NCBI GenBank assembly: GCA_051531975.1
Contig: JAOPTT010000001.1
Coordinates: 64,001-128,000 of the forward strand
Length of the DNA: 64,000 nt
Source of the DNA: Spirochaetaceae bacterium
Lineage (GTDB): Bacteria; Spirochaetota; Spirochaetia; DSM-2461
Direction: 5' to 3'
In this document: piece after piece, positions 48,809-59,317 of the stretch
Layout: each line of letters begins with the position of its first letter
How positions within the stretch are numbered: position 1 is the first letter of the stretch
Translations under genes and position numbers: made by a program
The notes under the pieces: model-generated
Seen by the model: only the letters and a program-made list of their open reading frames with translations
Databases searched by the model: none
Told to the model about the DNA's origin: nothing

Positions 48809-50326
48809 TTATTCCTCTCTCTTTTTAATCCAGATTGGGGAACTCCATGCCCACTGATTATTTTTCTGTGCGATACGGACATAATAAAAATCCTCCCTGT
48901 CCCCTTCTGAAATATCAGAGACTAAAATCTCTTTTTTATATTCACTTTCAGGTATAAACCTTCCAATCCTGTAAGAACCACTAATAAAGCCACCTAGAAA
49001 GTGCCCAACTGAACCGTCTATGATTCCTGAAATAGGGATAAGATGTTCTTTCCCATTTATATCCAGCTTAATTTTTGTATCTTTGTTTCCTTCAAGCTCA
49101 ATTGTTACTGCCTGGTTAGAGTTGGTCGTAGTTGTTGGATTACCCCAGGTAGATGTGGTAAATGAGAACTCACTATTATCATCCTTTTTAATTCTAGTAA
49201 ACTGGTATTCGTTCCCATGTTTATCATTTGGTTCCACTACATCAATACCATGGAAATGAGGTTCTGAACTTAATATAGAACCATCTTCTAATTGAAGTCT
49301 TACATTCCAGTCCTGACGTATATTTTTTTCACCCCAGCCAAGCTCCAGTCTAAATTTACCTTTAAACAGACCAACATCTGAATATGCGTCATAATTTGCA
49401 TAGTTTAATCGTTTTAAAACACGGTTATTTTTTAATAACTCAACTTTATCAATACTATGGTTACCTTTAACATTTATTTTAATATTCCTACTACTTTCAA
49501 AAGTAGAAATGGAACCCATAGGTTTGTTATTTATCAAAAAATCCAACTCTATTTTATCACCGGATATTGCGTACGTTCTTCTATTAATAATTGCATCCCA
49601 GATAGATTCCCTAGTTAAACTCTCTGACAATACAGCCATAACACCATGTCCGTAACTGCCGGGATGGGCACTATGATGGTCAGTTGAACCGATAATACCA
49701 AAATGGTGCCCTGCTTCCAAACCGGCCTGCATTGTATTTTCATAATTTCGTGGCCCCATTGTATGAAGTGAGGAGAAAGGTGCATCTTCACTCTCTGAGC
49801 AGCCATGCATGGAGATTATTTCAACAACTGGGCTTACATCTTCATTAAAAGTTTTCCAGTTTATACCCCGGAACCCCTGTTTATACCCTATATGGTGTGG
49901 AATCATAATAGATTTGACTTCACTACTATTTTTCTCTCTAATAAAACCCTGAACCTCTTCAAATGTATGTGGTTTTACCATTTTATCAATTCCATCAATA
50001 GAATAAATAACATAATCACCATGTTCAAATGAGTGCATTTCATAACTCGAAAATGTTACAAAATTACCCGGATCATTATATTGGTTTATAGATTTATTAT
50101 ACTCTGGCCACTCTTTCTCCAGCTTGTTAAAACCTTTAACATGATAATCAACAATTGGTTTCATTCTGCCAATTGGTTCAGGAATGTCCGGCCAGAAGGA
50201 GTGTCCTGTTACACTTACGATATCCAGCTGAAGTTTTGCATTATCAAGAGCCTCTTTTAGAGGACCATGTCCATAACTAATATTACAATGGTTGTGAATA
50301 TCCCCAAAATATATCTTATTTTTCAT
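48809..50326 (-). CDS. PHP-like metallohydrolase (DUF3604/CehA-like)
   Basis: GDIHNH, TGH, PHH, VEI.S.HG, GSTD.H, RRTYA, YYVR..Q….AWSSP. Start ATG 50326. Confidence 0.8.
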   Translation of the reverse strand: MKNKIYFGDIHNHCNISYGHGPLKEALDNAKLQLDIVSVTGHSFWPDIPEPIGRMKPIVDYHVKGFNKLEKEWPEYNKSINQYNDPGNFVTFSSYEMHSFEHGDYVIYSIDGIDKMVKPHTFEEVQGFIREKNSSEVKSIMIPHHIGYKQGFRGINWKTFNEDVSPVVEIISMHGCSESEDAPFSSLHTMGPRNYENTMQAGLEAGHHFGIIGSTDHHSAHPGSYGHGVMAVLSESLTRESIWDAIINRRTYAISGDKIELDFLINNKPMGSISTFESSRNIKINVKGNHSIDKVELLKNNRVLKRLNYANYDAYSDVGLFKGKFRLELGWGEKNIRQDWNVRLQLEDGSILSSEPHFHGIDVVEPNDKHGNEYQFTRIKKDDNSEFSFTTSTWGNPTTTTNSNQAVTIELEGNKDTKIKLDINGKEHLIPISGIIDGSVGHFLGGFISGSYRIGRFIPESEYKKEILVSDISEGDREDFYYVRIAQKNNQWAWSSPIWIKKREE

Positions 50327-50329
50327 TAT

Positions 50330-50373
50330 AGTCTCCTCGTTCATTCTGTTATTACAGAATATACGAGGAGACT
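50330..50373 (-). promoter_or_regulatory. Long hairpin sequestering the RBS of the metallohydrolase gene
   Basis: Minus strand AGTCTCCTCGT…ACGAGGAGACT 11-bp stem, plus a 7-bp inner stem ATTCTGT/ACAGAAT; ATG 3 nt after the stem. Confidence 0.7.
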
Positions 50374-50468
50374 CAAAACCGTAAATTGTTAATAAACAAC
50401 AGATGTGCCATATACCTACAAATTAGAAGTAATTAGAAAAATTCAGATCATCATTTCTAAACAGATAT

Positions 50469-51284
50469 TCATTTAAGTAACAAAATACCCTGTAGGGATG
50501 AAATCCTGCTTGAATTTGACCAGGAACCAACATATTTTCCATTTGTATCAAACTCTACCAGCTGTCTACCTTTATTACCATTATCCTTACCATGCCCCTG
50601 CCAGTTGGCAACTAAGACTCCACCATTAGGTAGAATTTCAAAGGCAGCATAGAAAAATGGTGATACAATCTCTGGAACATCTTTTTTAGATCCAAATGTA
50701 TTTTCTAAATTACCCTGGTAATCAAAATTTGCCATAAAAGCACCATAACCAGCAGAAAGAAGGGTTGTTCCATCAGAATATCGGTGGGCTAACCACGCAT
50801 GTTCAAAGCCGGGAGCCTGAAGAGTACGGTTGTATTTAAGGTCTTTATCTACTTCAAGAAAGTGATCATCAGAACCTAATAGATATGTACCTGTATCTGT
50901 TGGCCTCATCATCCTGACATAGTCACCTGTCCTATATACTGTATTAATTATTTCATCATTAGGATCTAGAGTTATTACATTAATACCCTTTTTAATTAGA
51001 TCCTGTCCGGTAATAAGAGTATTCCCGTTTTTAAGTCTTCTAGCTGAAGTAACATTGCTCCATCTATCTACAATTTTAGTTGGTTTACCACTGTTTATAT
51101 CTATTTCAAAATATCCTCTATCAAAACCAACTAAGACAATATTACTCTCTACCAACTGTAGATCTCGGCCCATGGGGAGATCTTTTAAAGAAAAGGACCA
51201 CCCCCAATTTGTATCTGTAGTATCGTAAGTACCCAGAGTCTGATTACCTTCATCATAACCAAGAAATTTATATTTTAGTTCCAC
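50469..51284 (-). CDS. Hypothetical protein, likely beta-propeller-like
   Basis: AAGGAG RBS with GTG start; repeated 'L.NG..L' beta-hairpin units. Confidence 0.7.
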   Translation of the reverse strand: MELKYKFLGYDEGNQTLGTYDTTDTNWGWSFSLKDLPMGRDLQLVESNIVLVGFDRGYFEIDINSGKPTKIVDRWSNVTSARRLKNGNTLITGQDLIKKGINVITLDPNDEIINTVYRTGDYVRMMRPTDTGTYLLGSDDHFLEVDKDLKYNRTLQAPGFEHAWLAHRYSDGTTLLSAGYGAFMANFDYQGNLENTFGSKKDVPEIVSPFFYAAFEILPNGGVLVANWQGHGKDNGNKGRQLVEFDTNGKYVGSWSNSSRISSLQGILLLK

Positions 51285-51299
51285 TTTATCTCCTTTATT

Positions 51300-52478
51300 T
51301 TACCAGTACATTTTCCAGTCCCGATCGAGTCTCATTAATGCTTCAAAATAATAATAATCACCCCATATATTACACTCATCAATACCATTTTTCTGGGGCA
51401 TAGCATATACAGCATGTAGTAATATACCATTAGATTTTGGTTCCGTCACCGTTGTATAGTTTTCTGATAAGGACTTAATCATTTTAATAGCCGCATTTTT
51501 ATAGATGTCTTTTTTAGGATCAGCATCTTTTATATTTTTATCATACTCTAATAATCCACAAGCTGTTATAGCGGCAGAAGATGAGTCCCTCTCTACATCG
51601 CCTTCTGTAAAGATAAGGTCCCAGTAACAAACTTCATCGACTGGAAGTCTGTTTAGATAATAATTTGTAACATTGTCTGTTAATCCTAAAATCTTTTCAT
51701 CTTTAATATAACCATAACTCAGTGGAAATCCATATATTGCCCATGCCTGTCCTCTAGCCCAACAGGAATCGTCAGAAAATCCCTGACAGGTTCTACCAAA
51801 TTTTGGTTCTCCTGTTTCTACATCCATATAGAAAGTATGGTAAGTAGAAGAGTCTTCTCTAATGATGTATTTAGCGGCCTGTCTAACGTGGGATGTTGCA
51901 GCATCTCTGTATTTTGGGTCTCCTGTCATCTCTGTTGCCCAAAATAGAAGTGGAAGATTCATACAACAATCAATTATCATTCGCCCCTGTTGTTCTGGAT
52001 CGTTAATATCACCCCAGGCCTGGATAATTCCAGCTATTGGTAAATATCTATCCATTAATCTGTCAGCTGCCATTAAAGCAGTCTCTTTAGCAAACTCATC
52101 ACCTGTAATTTTATATGCCGCAACACAGGATAATGAATATAAAAAACCAAGGTCATGATGATTTGTCAACTTCTCAGACTTCAGTCTCTCTCTAAAACTC
52201 CGAACCTGTATCATAGCAATATTTTTATATTTTTCATCATTTGTATACTCATAGGCAAGCCATAACATACCGGTCCAAAATGATGAAGTCCAACATGTAT
52301 TATCTATAGCTGGATATACAAGATCTATACTTGCTGCCCTAGGGAATTTATCTGTAAAAACATCTAAGTTTTCATCCATCTTTTTTAATATAAAATTAAT
52401 TGAGTCTTTTATATCCTGTTTCGAAAAATCCGGTTTATTAATATACCGATCCCTATTCTTTATTTCTTCTTTTATCAT
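51300..52478 (-). CDS. ugl: GH88 unsaturated glucuronyl hydrolase
   Basis: WT..FW.G.LW, HHDLGF, IIDCCMNL, WARGQAW, DSSSAAI, GDYYY.EAL. Confidence 0.92.
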   Translation of the reverse strand: MIKEEIKNRDRYINKPDFSKQDIKDSINFILKKMDENLDVFTDKFPRAASIDLVYPAIDNTCWTSSFWTGMLWLAYEYTNDEKYKNIAMIQVRSFRERLKSEKLTNHHDLGFLYSLSCVAAYKITGDEFAKETALMAADRLMDRYLPIAGIIQAWGDINDPEQQGRMIIDCCMNLPLLFWATEMTGDPKYRDAATSHVRQAAKYIIREDSSTYHTFYMDVETGEPKFGRTCQGFSDDSCWARGQAWAIYGFPLSYGYIKDEKILGLTDNVTNYYLNRLPVDEVCYWDLIFTEGDVERDSSSAAITACGLLEYDKNIKDADPKKDIYKNAAIKMIKSLSENYTTVTEPKSNGILLHAVYAMPQKNGIDECNIWGDYYYFEALMRLDRDWKMYW

Positions 52479-52561
52479 ATGATTTCCTTTATCAACAATT
52501 GATATTAAATTTGTTTACGACAATTATAATATTGCACCCTAGGTTGGTATGTGAATTCAGT

Positions 52562-54775
52562 TTAGTAATTTTCCCCCAGAGCATATGCTCCTGGGGATAA
52601 CCCTACATACTTTTTAAATACTCTGATAAATGTATTTGAACTATTAAATCCAACTCTACCTGCCAATTCTTGAATCTGTATATTACTGTTTTTTTCAAGT
52701 AACTGTTTTGCTTTTGTTATTCTGTGTTTATTAAGCACATCCTTAAAATTTGAGCCTGTTACCCGTTTAAAAAGTATACTGCTGTATTTCTCTGTTATAT
52801 CTAAATGTTGTGAAATATCATATAGACTGATATCCCTGCTATAATTTTTATGGATATATGCCATAATCTCTTGAGCCATAAGATTGTTACTATTATTCTT
52901 GTCAGATGAAACAGTACCAATTATCTGTTCAAATAGTTCATGAACTTTACTTCTAATCTGTTTATTATCCTCTAATGATAAAATTTCAAGAACATACCGC
53001 ATCTCATTATCAAATAGTTCACCTTCAATTTTTTTCTCTTGCTGAATTCTATTAATAGTGGACATAAGTGAGAAAAGGAAATTACGTTTTCTATCATAAC
53101 TTAACCTTCTAACAAGTAGGTTTTCGTCAAGTAGAAGTTCCACGACCTTTTTAGTTTCAGATCTATTGCCATTTAAAATCCCGCTTATAAGTCTGTTTTC
53201 CACATTTAATGGAAAAAAGTAGTGATAATCTCTAAATGACTTTAAGTCATCTATGGTCAAGATCTGTTTTATTCCTACAGAGTTTTTATACTCCATAATC
53301 CTGTTTGCCTCATTAAATGATATTTTAACCTTTTTCATATCATCTACTTTTCTACCTACAGAGGCAATAACTACAACATCATACTCCTCTTCTATATTGA
53401 TTATCAGACTTTTAACTGTGTCTTCAATATCTACTGAATCAACTTTAAGAATTAATACAAAACTATTATAATCAATATTTACAAATTGTATTTTTTCACT
53501 ATTTAAAGTTGCGGCTCTAATTATGTTTTTTGCTAAAAAAACTGTATCGTTTTCAAGAGTATTATCCCACTCTTCAATATTAAACAGAATAACCTGAAAA
53601 TCACCCTTTTCTATTCTGAAATCTTTATATGAATCAAACTTAGCGGTATTTATTCCATAAAGTAGATCTTTGTGGAATTTCTCCAGTAATAAATTTGAAT
53701 TTTTTAGAATAAGACTTTTTAATTGTAAATTATCATTTTGAATCTCTTCAGCTTTTAAATTAATAAATTCAAACTCATTAAAACCTTTATCACCTATACT
53801 TTCACCAGAGAAAGTATCAATAACAGTTGATACAGGCTTATACAAAAAGGATGTAATAAATTTTGCAATACCTAAACAGAGAATACATAGAAGGACATAC
53901 GGTATTAAAATTAGTAGTAGAGTTTTTAATATAAAAGATTTATCTTCCTGGTATAGGTAGATATAATTCATATTCTGATTAGTTGAAGGTAAAACATATC
54001 CATCCAACTCTCCATAGCTAAAATATCTATTATCATTTTTTACAGGCAGTGAAGAGTCTATAATATTGTCAAAATCTGTAGTCTGCAGATATGATAGAGA
54101 GTTTGAGATATATTTACTTATAAGATTACTGTTATATGTTATTAACCACCCATCATTTAGGTCCAGTATAGATGAATAATAGTTCTCCTCATCTATTGTA
54201 AGATAAAAAAAGACTTCTCTATCTCCATATTTCTGAAGAGTAATATAGTTGATCTTTTTTTTGCCCTTCACAATCCCATTTTTAATTAGATATTTATTAT
54301 ATCCTCTTAAATTTTTTAATTCTGTATGTAACTCATTACGTTTTTTATCATTTAAACCTAAAACATTTTTATAATATTCATCTTTTGACAAACTACTGGA
54401 TTGAGTAATCACAGAGTAGTTTTCATCCTGAATTGTGACTCCTATCTGAAAATCAAGGGCTCCTAGACTAAGTTGCTGCTTTGCAATGTCATCCTGAACT
54501 TTTAACAGGTAGTAGTAATACTCATCCTCACTGGAGTATGCCCATGTCTCAATAAGTGAGGAAGTCCTAAAGTTAATAAGGGATGTGAACGCTATATTTA
54601 TCTGGAGATCAAGCTGCTGTTTCTTAGATGAAATCAGTTGTTCCCTATTATGTTTTTTTTCTTTCTGGGATATTTTTAAACCATAAAAAACAACTCCACC
54701 TGTAATAATAGTTGTTAAAAAAAGGAGGAGTGTTAAGTAGATTACAAATATCTTTTTTTCATAAGTTCCGTGCAT
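52562..54775 (-). CDS. Membrane-anchored AraC-family regulator
   Basis: Two TM helices; C-terminal VGFNSSNTFIRVFKKYVG.SPG. Confidence 0.9.
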   Translation of the reverse strand: MHGTYEKKIFVIYLTLLLFLTTIITGGVVFYGLKISQKEKKHNREQLISSKKQQLDLQINIAFTSLINFRTSSLIETWAYSSEDEYYYYLLKVQDDIAKQQLSLGALDFQIGVTIQDENYSVITQSSSLSKDEYYKNVLGLNDKKRNELHTELKNLRGYNKYLIKNGIVKGKKKINYITLQKYGDREVFFYLTIDEENYYSSILDLNDGWLITYNSNLISKYISNSLSYLQTTDFDNIIDSSLPVKNDNRYFSYGELDGYVLPSTNQNMNYIYLYQEDKSFILKTLLLILIPYVLLCILCLGIAKFITSFLYKPVSTVIDTFSGESIGDKGFNEFEFINLKAEEIQNDNLQLKSLILKNSNLLLEKFHKDLLYGINTAKFDSYKDFRIEKGDFQVILFNIEEWDNTLENDTVFLAKNIIRAATLNSEKIQFVNIDYNSFVLILKVDSVDIEDTVKSLIINIEEEYDVVVIASVGRKVDDMKKVKISFNEANRIMEYKNSVGIKQILTIDDLKSFRDYHYFFPLNVENRLISGILNGNRSETKKVVELLLDENLLVRRLSYDRKRNFLFSLMSTINRIQQEKKIEGELFDNEMRYVLEILSLEDNKQIRSKVHELFEQIIGTVSSDKNNSNNLMAQEIMAYIHKNYSRDISLYDISQHLDITEKYSSILFKRVTGSNFKDVLNKHRITKAKQLLEKNSNIQIQELAGRVGFNSSNTFIRVFKKYVGLSPGAYALGENY

Positions 54776-54829
54776 TATTTAATCCTTAAAACATGATAAC
54801 AAAGGTTGTAGTATTCAACAAGTTTTTTG

Positions 54830-56197
54830 TTAATTCTCTCCACCCATCAGAGTCCTCTTTTTCCTATAAACCCCTCTCATATACTCCAGTTGTAGTTTAT
54901 ACTCTTTATTATATATAAGATTATTTTGTTCAAGAGGATCCTCTTCCAAGTGAAATAACTCCTCGATATCATTTGGGGTATATATATATTTATATCCTTT
55001 GTAAACAACTGCTCTTCGAATCTGTCCATACCATGAAATACCTGAGAATTGCAAAAAAATCGGACTGTGATCTATAGGTTCAGTCCCAGTAATTGTCCCA
55101 AGGAGAGATCTTCCTTCAAGGGGTTGCCCAGTAGTAGAAGTTGATATTAGATCCAATATTGTTGGAACTACATCCAGATGGGATACTGGAATATCTGATT
55201 TTCCACTAGGATATCCTGGAATCTTCAAAATAAATGGTACTCTGACAGCCTGTTCATATAACTCCATCTTTTGATACATTTTATGTTGACCAAGATGATC
55301 CCCATGATCGGAAGTAAACAAGATAGCTGTACTGTCCCATAAACCTCTATCTTTTAAACTCTGAATAACCCTTCCTATTGCTTTATCCGCCATGTGTACA
55401 AGTCCAAGATGGGCAGACCATGCCTCTCGCCAATCTTCTTCCGATCTATTTTCCGCCAGAATAGCAGGGACTGCTTCCCGTCTTTTTGGCGGTTCATTGG
55501 AAGCTGGTATTCCCACATTAGCTGGGAGAGTTATATCAGCCGGTGGAAACATTGAAAAATAAGGTTCTGGAACAATCAAAGGTGGATGAGGTGCCCACAA
55601 ATTAAGAAACATAGCAAAAGGATTTTCTTTCTCAGAATCAATATAATCAATTGCCCTGTCGACAAACCAGTTATCCATAAAACAGTTTTCATTATATGGG
55701 AAAAGGGATTTTCTGGAATTTGAATACTTACGCTCAACTATCTCACCCTCTTTCTCCAGTATTAAACATTTGGTTTTATTCCTTTCATCCGGTGTCATAT
55801 CAATACCATTAACCTGTGCCCACTGCTCATATTCAGAATTCCCAATCCAATAGTCAAATTTAACATCCTCTACAAGAGGGGGTAAAACACGAATATGATG
55901 AACACCAATGTGGGCTACATCATAATTTGCTTCTTTAAGATATTTGTGTATGGTTTTCTGCTCAGATGCGGTATCCCCTGCCCAGTCATTATATACAACA
56001 CCACTATCCAACGGGGCAACTCCCGTAGCTAACGCTGTTCTTGCTGGTACACAGAGAGGGGAAGCGTTGTAGCAGGTTGAAAACTGGTAAGATTCCTCCA
56101 TTAATCTGTTTAAATTAGGAGTTACTTCTATTCCACACTGAACCATACCTAAACTATCAGCTCTCTGATGGTCAGTCATAATATGTATTATATTCAT
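54830..56197 (-). CDS. S1 sulfatase
   Basis: MNIIHIMTDH, CVPAR, PHPP, TSDHG. Confidence 0.92.
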   Translation of the reverse strand: MNIIHIMTDHQRADSLGMVQCGIEVTPNLNRLMEESYQFSTCYNASPLCVPARTALATGVAPLDSGVVYNDWAGDTASEQKTIHKYLKEANYDVAHIGVHHIRVLPPLVEDVKFDYWIGNSEYEQWAQVNGIDMTPDERNKTKCLILEKEGEIVERKYSNSRKSLFPYNENCFMDNWFVDRAIDYIDSEKENPFAMFLNLWAPHPPLIVPEPYFSMFPPADITLPANVGIPASNEPPKRREAVPAILAENRSEEDWREAWSAHLGLVHMADKAIGRVIQSLKDRGLWDSTAILFTSDHGDHLGQHKMYQKMELYEQAVRVPFILKIPGYPSGKSDIPVSHLDVVPTILDLISTSTTGQPLEGRSLLGTITGTEPIDHSPIFLQFSGISWYGQIRRAVVYKGYKYIYTPNDIEELFHLEEDPLEQNNLIYNKEYKLQLEYMRGVYRKKRTLMGGEN

Positions 56198-57618
56198 TGT
56201 TCTCCTCCAAATGGATCGTTAATCTCTTTAAGTTTTTTATAGAGTTTCTCTTCAAGCTGCCGGGATACAGGGTGATCAAAACAATTTTTTAATTCAATTG
56301 GAGATAGTTGATATGGGTCTACAATCAGATCGTATAAATACCTTTTAGTATCTTCACCGGGGACATAACCACGATGAATAACATAACAGTACTGTTTAGT
56401 TCTAAGTCCTCGCCAGCCATATTCAAGACTGTTCAGGTTCTGTTTTTCAAACTCTTTAATAGCAGTGGCACGGCCAGGATAAGCTGTAATTAATGCACTC
56501 TCAGGAATGTTTAGACACTGCTCTCCAATCATATATGGACCAAGATTGCTTCCCTCTACATCTGCTCCATACTCTATTCCCATTATTGAGAGGATTGATG
56601 GTAGATGATCGGGACTGTTTAAAAGGATATCTGTCTGTTTTGCCTCTATTTTTTCTGGCCAGCGTATAATAAACGGAATACCAATAGACTCTTCGTACCA
56701 TACATGTTTATGAAGTAAATTATGGGAACCAAGCATCTCTCCGTGATCAGCCGACAGAACAACTATTGTATTATCCCTCTGATTTGACTTTTCAAGATAA
56801 TCCAGAATACGCCCTACATTATCATCAATTCCTGATACTGCTGCATAGTAGTCTTTTGTATTGGTAAAAAGTTCAGCTTCCGTTAAAGACTCCCACTGAC
56901 CTGTATGGTCTTTTACTTTTCCATGGTGGGCATTTTTCCTAAACTCTTTTGGAAGATCTTTATAAAGCTCTTTATACTTCTGGGGAACCTCATCAAATGG
57001 TGTATGTGGTGGATTATAGGAGATAAACATTGCAAATGGTTTGTTATCAGTCTGCTTAGTTTTCATAAAATTAAGGGCAATATCTGTTTCATGACTTACA
57101 GACCACTCACCTGGTTCTATTTTTTTACTAGTGTCCATCCAGTAGTGGGGATTATTGTGTCTGTTCATAGCTCCATAGGAGTACCAGAAATCAAAACCTT
57201 GCCGTCCCTCCCCAGGGGGAGTAAAAGCATCCCATTCTACAGCTTCTGATTCGGGGTTATCTGAATTGTTTAATTCAGGATCATCCAGATGCCATTTACC
57301 AAGATATGCAGTAGAATATCCACTATTTTTAAGACAATTCCCAAATGAACCAGGATCTGGCTTTAGAAAAACTGAGTTTTTTAATCCCGTTTTACAGTTT
57401 GTCCAGACTCCAGTGCTTATAGGATACTTCCCTGTAATAAGTGAAGCTCTGTGAGGGGAGCAGAGAGGACATGTTGATATTGCATTTTCAAACACCATAG
57501 ACTCAGAAGCAAATTTATCTATATGTGGTGTTATTACAGGATCTTCGTTCATGAATCCAATTGCGTTTCGCCGCCACTGGTCGGCAAATATATATATGAG
57601 GTTTGGTTGAGTTTTCAA
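56194..57618 (-). CDS. S1 sulfatase
   Basis: QPNLIYIFADQ, CSPHR, GKWHL, PPH, ADHG. TTG start with GGAG. Confidence 0.92.
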   Translation of the reverse strand: MKTQPNLIYIFADQWRRNAIGFMNEDPVITPHIDKFASESMVFENAISTCPLCSPHRASLITGKYPISTGVWTNCKTGLKNSVFLKPDPGSFGNCLKNSGYSTAYLGKWHLDDPELNNSDNPESEAVEWDAFTPPGEGRQGFDFWYSYGAMNRHNNPHYWMDTSKKIEPGEWSVSHETDIALNFMKTKQTDNKPFAMFISYNPPHTPFDEVPQKYKELYKDLPKEFRKNAHHGKVKDHTGQWESLTEAELFTNTKDYYAAVSGIDDNVGRILDYLEKSNQRDNTIVVLSADHGEMLGSHNLLHKHVWYEESIGIPFIIRWPEKIEAKQTDILLNSPDHLPSILSIMGIEYGADVEGSNLGPYMIGEQCLNIPESALITAYPGRATAIKEFEKQNLNSLEYGWRGLRTKQYCYVIHRGYVPGEDTKRYLYDLIVDPYQLSPIELKNCFDHPVSRQLEEKLYKKLKEINDPFGGEQ

Positions 57619-57636
57619 ATTATATCTCCATTTTAT

Positions 57637-59214
57637 TTAAGGAACATATCTATTTATATAAATATTGTAGGCGAGTTGATTTATCTCTATAGCTCTATTA
57701 ATCCCTTTTTTTTCTAGACTCTTTATATATGTAGGATACTCTTTTTCAAAATCTGAGCTTCCTACTAACATCCATTTTTGTATCATTTCTAGTGTATAGG
57801 TTGTAATTTGTGACATAATTTTTATATACTCTTTTTCCTGTTCAGGAGTATATTTAAGCAGTAGTATTCCAGAGTTTGAAGGGATTTCCCTTTTAACGTA
57901 TCCACCATCTATATACATTTGCATCCCATTAAGTGCAATCTGGTTCAACCAACCTTTTTCATATGCAAAATCCTGTAACATACCTATTCTAAACTGCACA
58001 CCATTACTCCTTAAACTTGTTAAGGCTGTTTCATCAGATTTCATAATTTTATCTGTATAAACAGGTTCTCCATTTTCAAGATAGTATGTGTCACCTTCTA
58101 TTCCATAGTTAATCAGCTTATGACCATCTGGTGTAAAAAAGAAATTAAAATACTTTATAAGGGTTACTGGATCTTTACAGGCTGTTGATATACCCCATCC
58201 TGGAACGTGGTGTCTTGCAGATTTCTCTAATCTCTCACCATTTTGATTAATTACTGGTATCATGGGTTTAAATTCAAAACCATCTATTTTATCAGTCAGT
58301 TTGTTATAGTTTGCAGTACTACCAAACCAGTCATGTGTAAATCCACCAACATTCTGACCTAGTAGAGTATCCCTTGCAGTATATCCCCTTGTAAAAATCT
58401 CGGGATCTATTAATTCCTCTCTGTACCACTTTATAAGAGTTTCCATCGCAATTTTAAACTCTTCCTCAATGGGTCCATAAACTATTTTACCATCCTTAAG
58501 GTCAAATTCACTGGCTGCACCCCATATTCCAAAAAGATCCCAGATATTAGCATTTCCATTCCTTTTAAACATTGGGATTTCATCTTTTAAACCATTCCCA
58601 TTAGGATCCATGTTTCTAAAAGCCTTTAAAACATTATAGAGTTCTGGGATAGTTTGAGGGACCATAAGATTTAACTTTTTTAGCCAGTCAGTTCTTATGT
58701 AATAACCCATAGCAACTTCCGCTTCCATAAACTTGGGGATAAAATATATGTTCCCATCTAGAGCTGTTGCAGCTGCTTTATAGTCAGAATGTTCATCTAA
58801 AAGTCTCTGTAAATCTGGGGCGTGCTCCTTTATAAGACTGTTTAGAGGGGTAAGTCCTCCATCCCGACCAAGAGCATCTAGTTTAGATGCCTGTGAATGG
58901 CCAATAATATCTGGAAGGTTCCCAGTAGAAATCATAAGATTAAAAGCTGAACTTTCATCGGAAGAACTTTGGGATGCGATACCTATTAAAGATACATTTG
59001 TCAGCTCTGAAGCTCTTTTAAAAACAGGCCATTCAGAGTTAAAAGGCATGTTATTAAATATATTAAAATAGGTAAAACTCACTGGTTCTTCACTAACAAA
59101 ACTGTCTAGTAATGGTCTATCCATAACTGTTTTGGTCTCTTTATCCGCATTTGAAAATAGAGAAAAAATTACAATGTTGAGAGATAAAATAGCAAAAAAC
59201 CTTTTAATATACAT
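57637..59214 (-). CDS. Carbohydrate ABC solute-binding protein (LplA-like), no adjacent permease
   Basis: Signal peptide, YIRTDWL, DPNGNG..DEIP, NYGIEG. Confidence 0.9.
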   Translation of the reverse strand: MYIKRFFAILSLNIVIFSLFSNADKETKTVMDRPLLDSFVSEEPVSFTYFNIFNNMPFNSEWPVFKRASELTNVSLIGIASQSSSDESSAFNLMISTGNLPDIIGHSQASKLDALGRDGGLTPLNSLIKEHAPDLQRLLDEHSDYKAAATALDGNIYFIPKFMEAEVAMGYYIRTDWLKKLNLMVPQTIPELYNVLKAFRNMDPNGNGLKDEIPMFKRNGNANIWDLFGIWGAASEFDLKDGKIVYGPIEEEFKIAMETLIKWYREELIDPEIFTRGYTARDTLLGQNVGGFTHDWFGSTANYNKLTDKIDGFEFKPMIPVINQNGERLEKSARHHVPGWGISTACKDPVTLIKYFNFFFTPDGHKLINYGIEGDTYYLENGEPVYTDKIMKSDETALTSLRSNGVQFRIGMLQDFAYEKGWLNQIALNGMQMYIDGGYVKREIPSNSGILLLKYTPEQEKEYIKIMSQITTYTLEMIQKWMLVGSSDFEKEYPTYIKSLEKKGINRAIEINQLAYNIYINRYVP

Positions 59215-59317
59215 TATTCCTCCAGACCATCAATACAAATACCATATCTTTTATTACTTTATATTTTAAACAGTTTTCTTTACAAAATCTATAAAGAACT
59301 AATTATTACACCTATAT

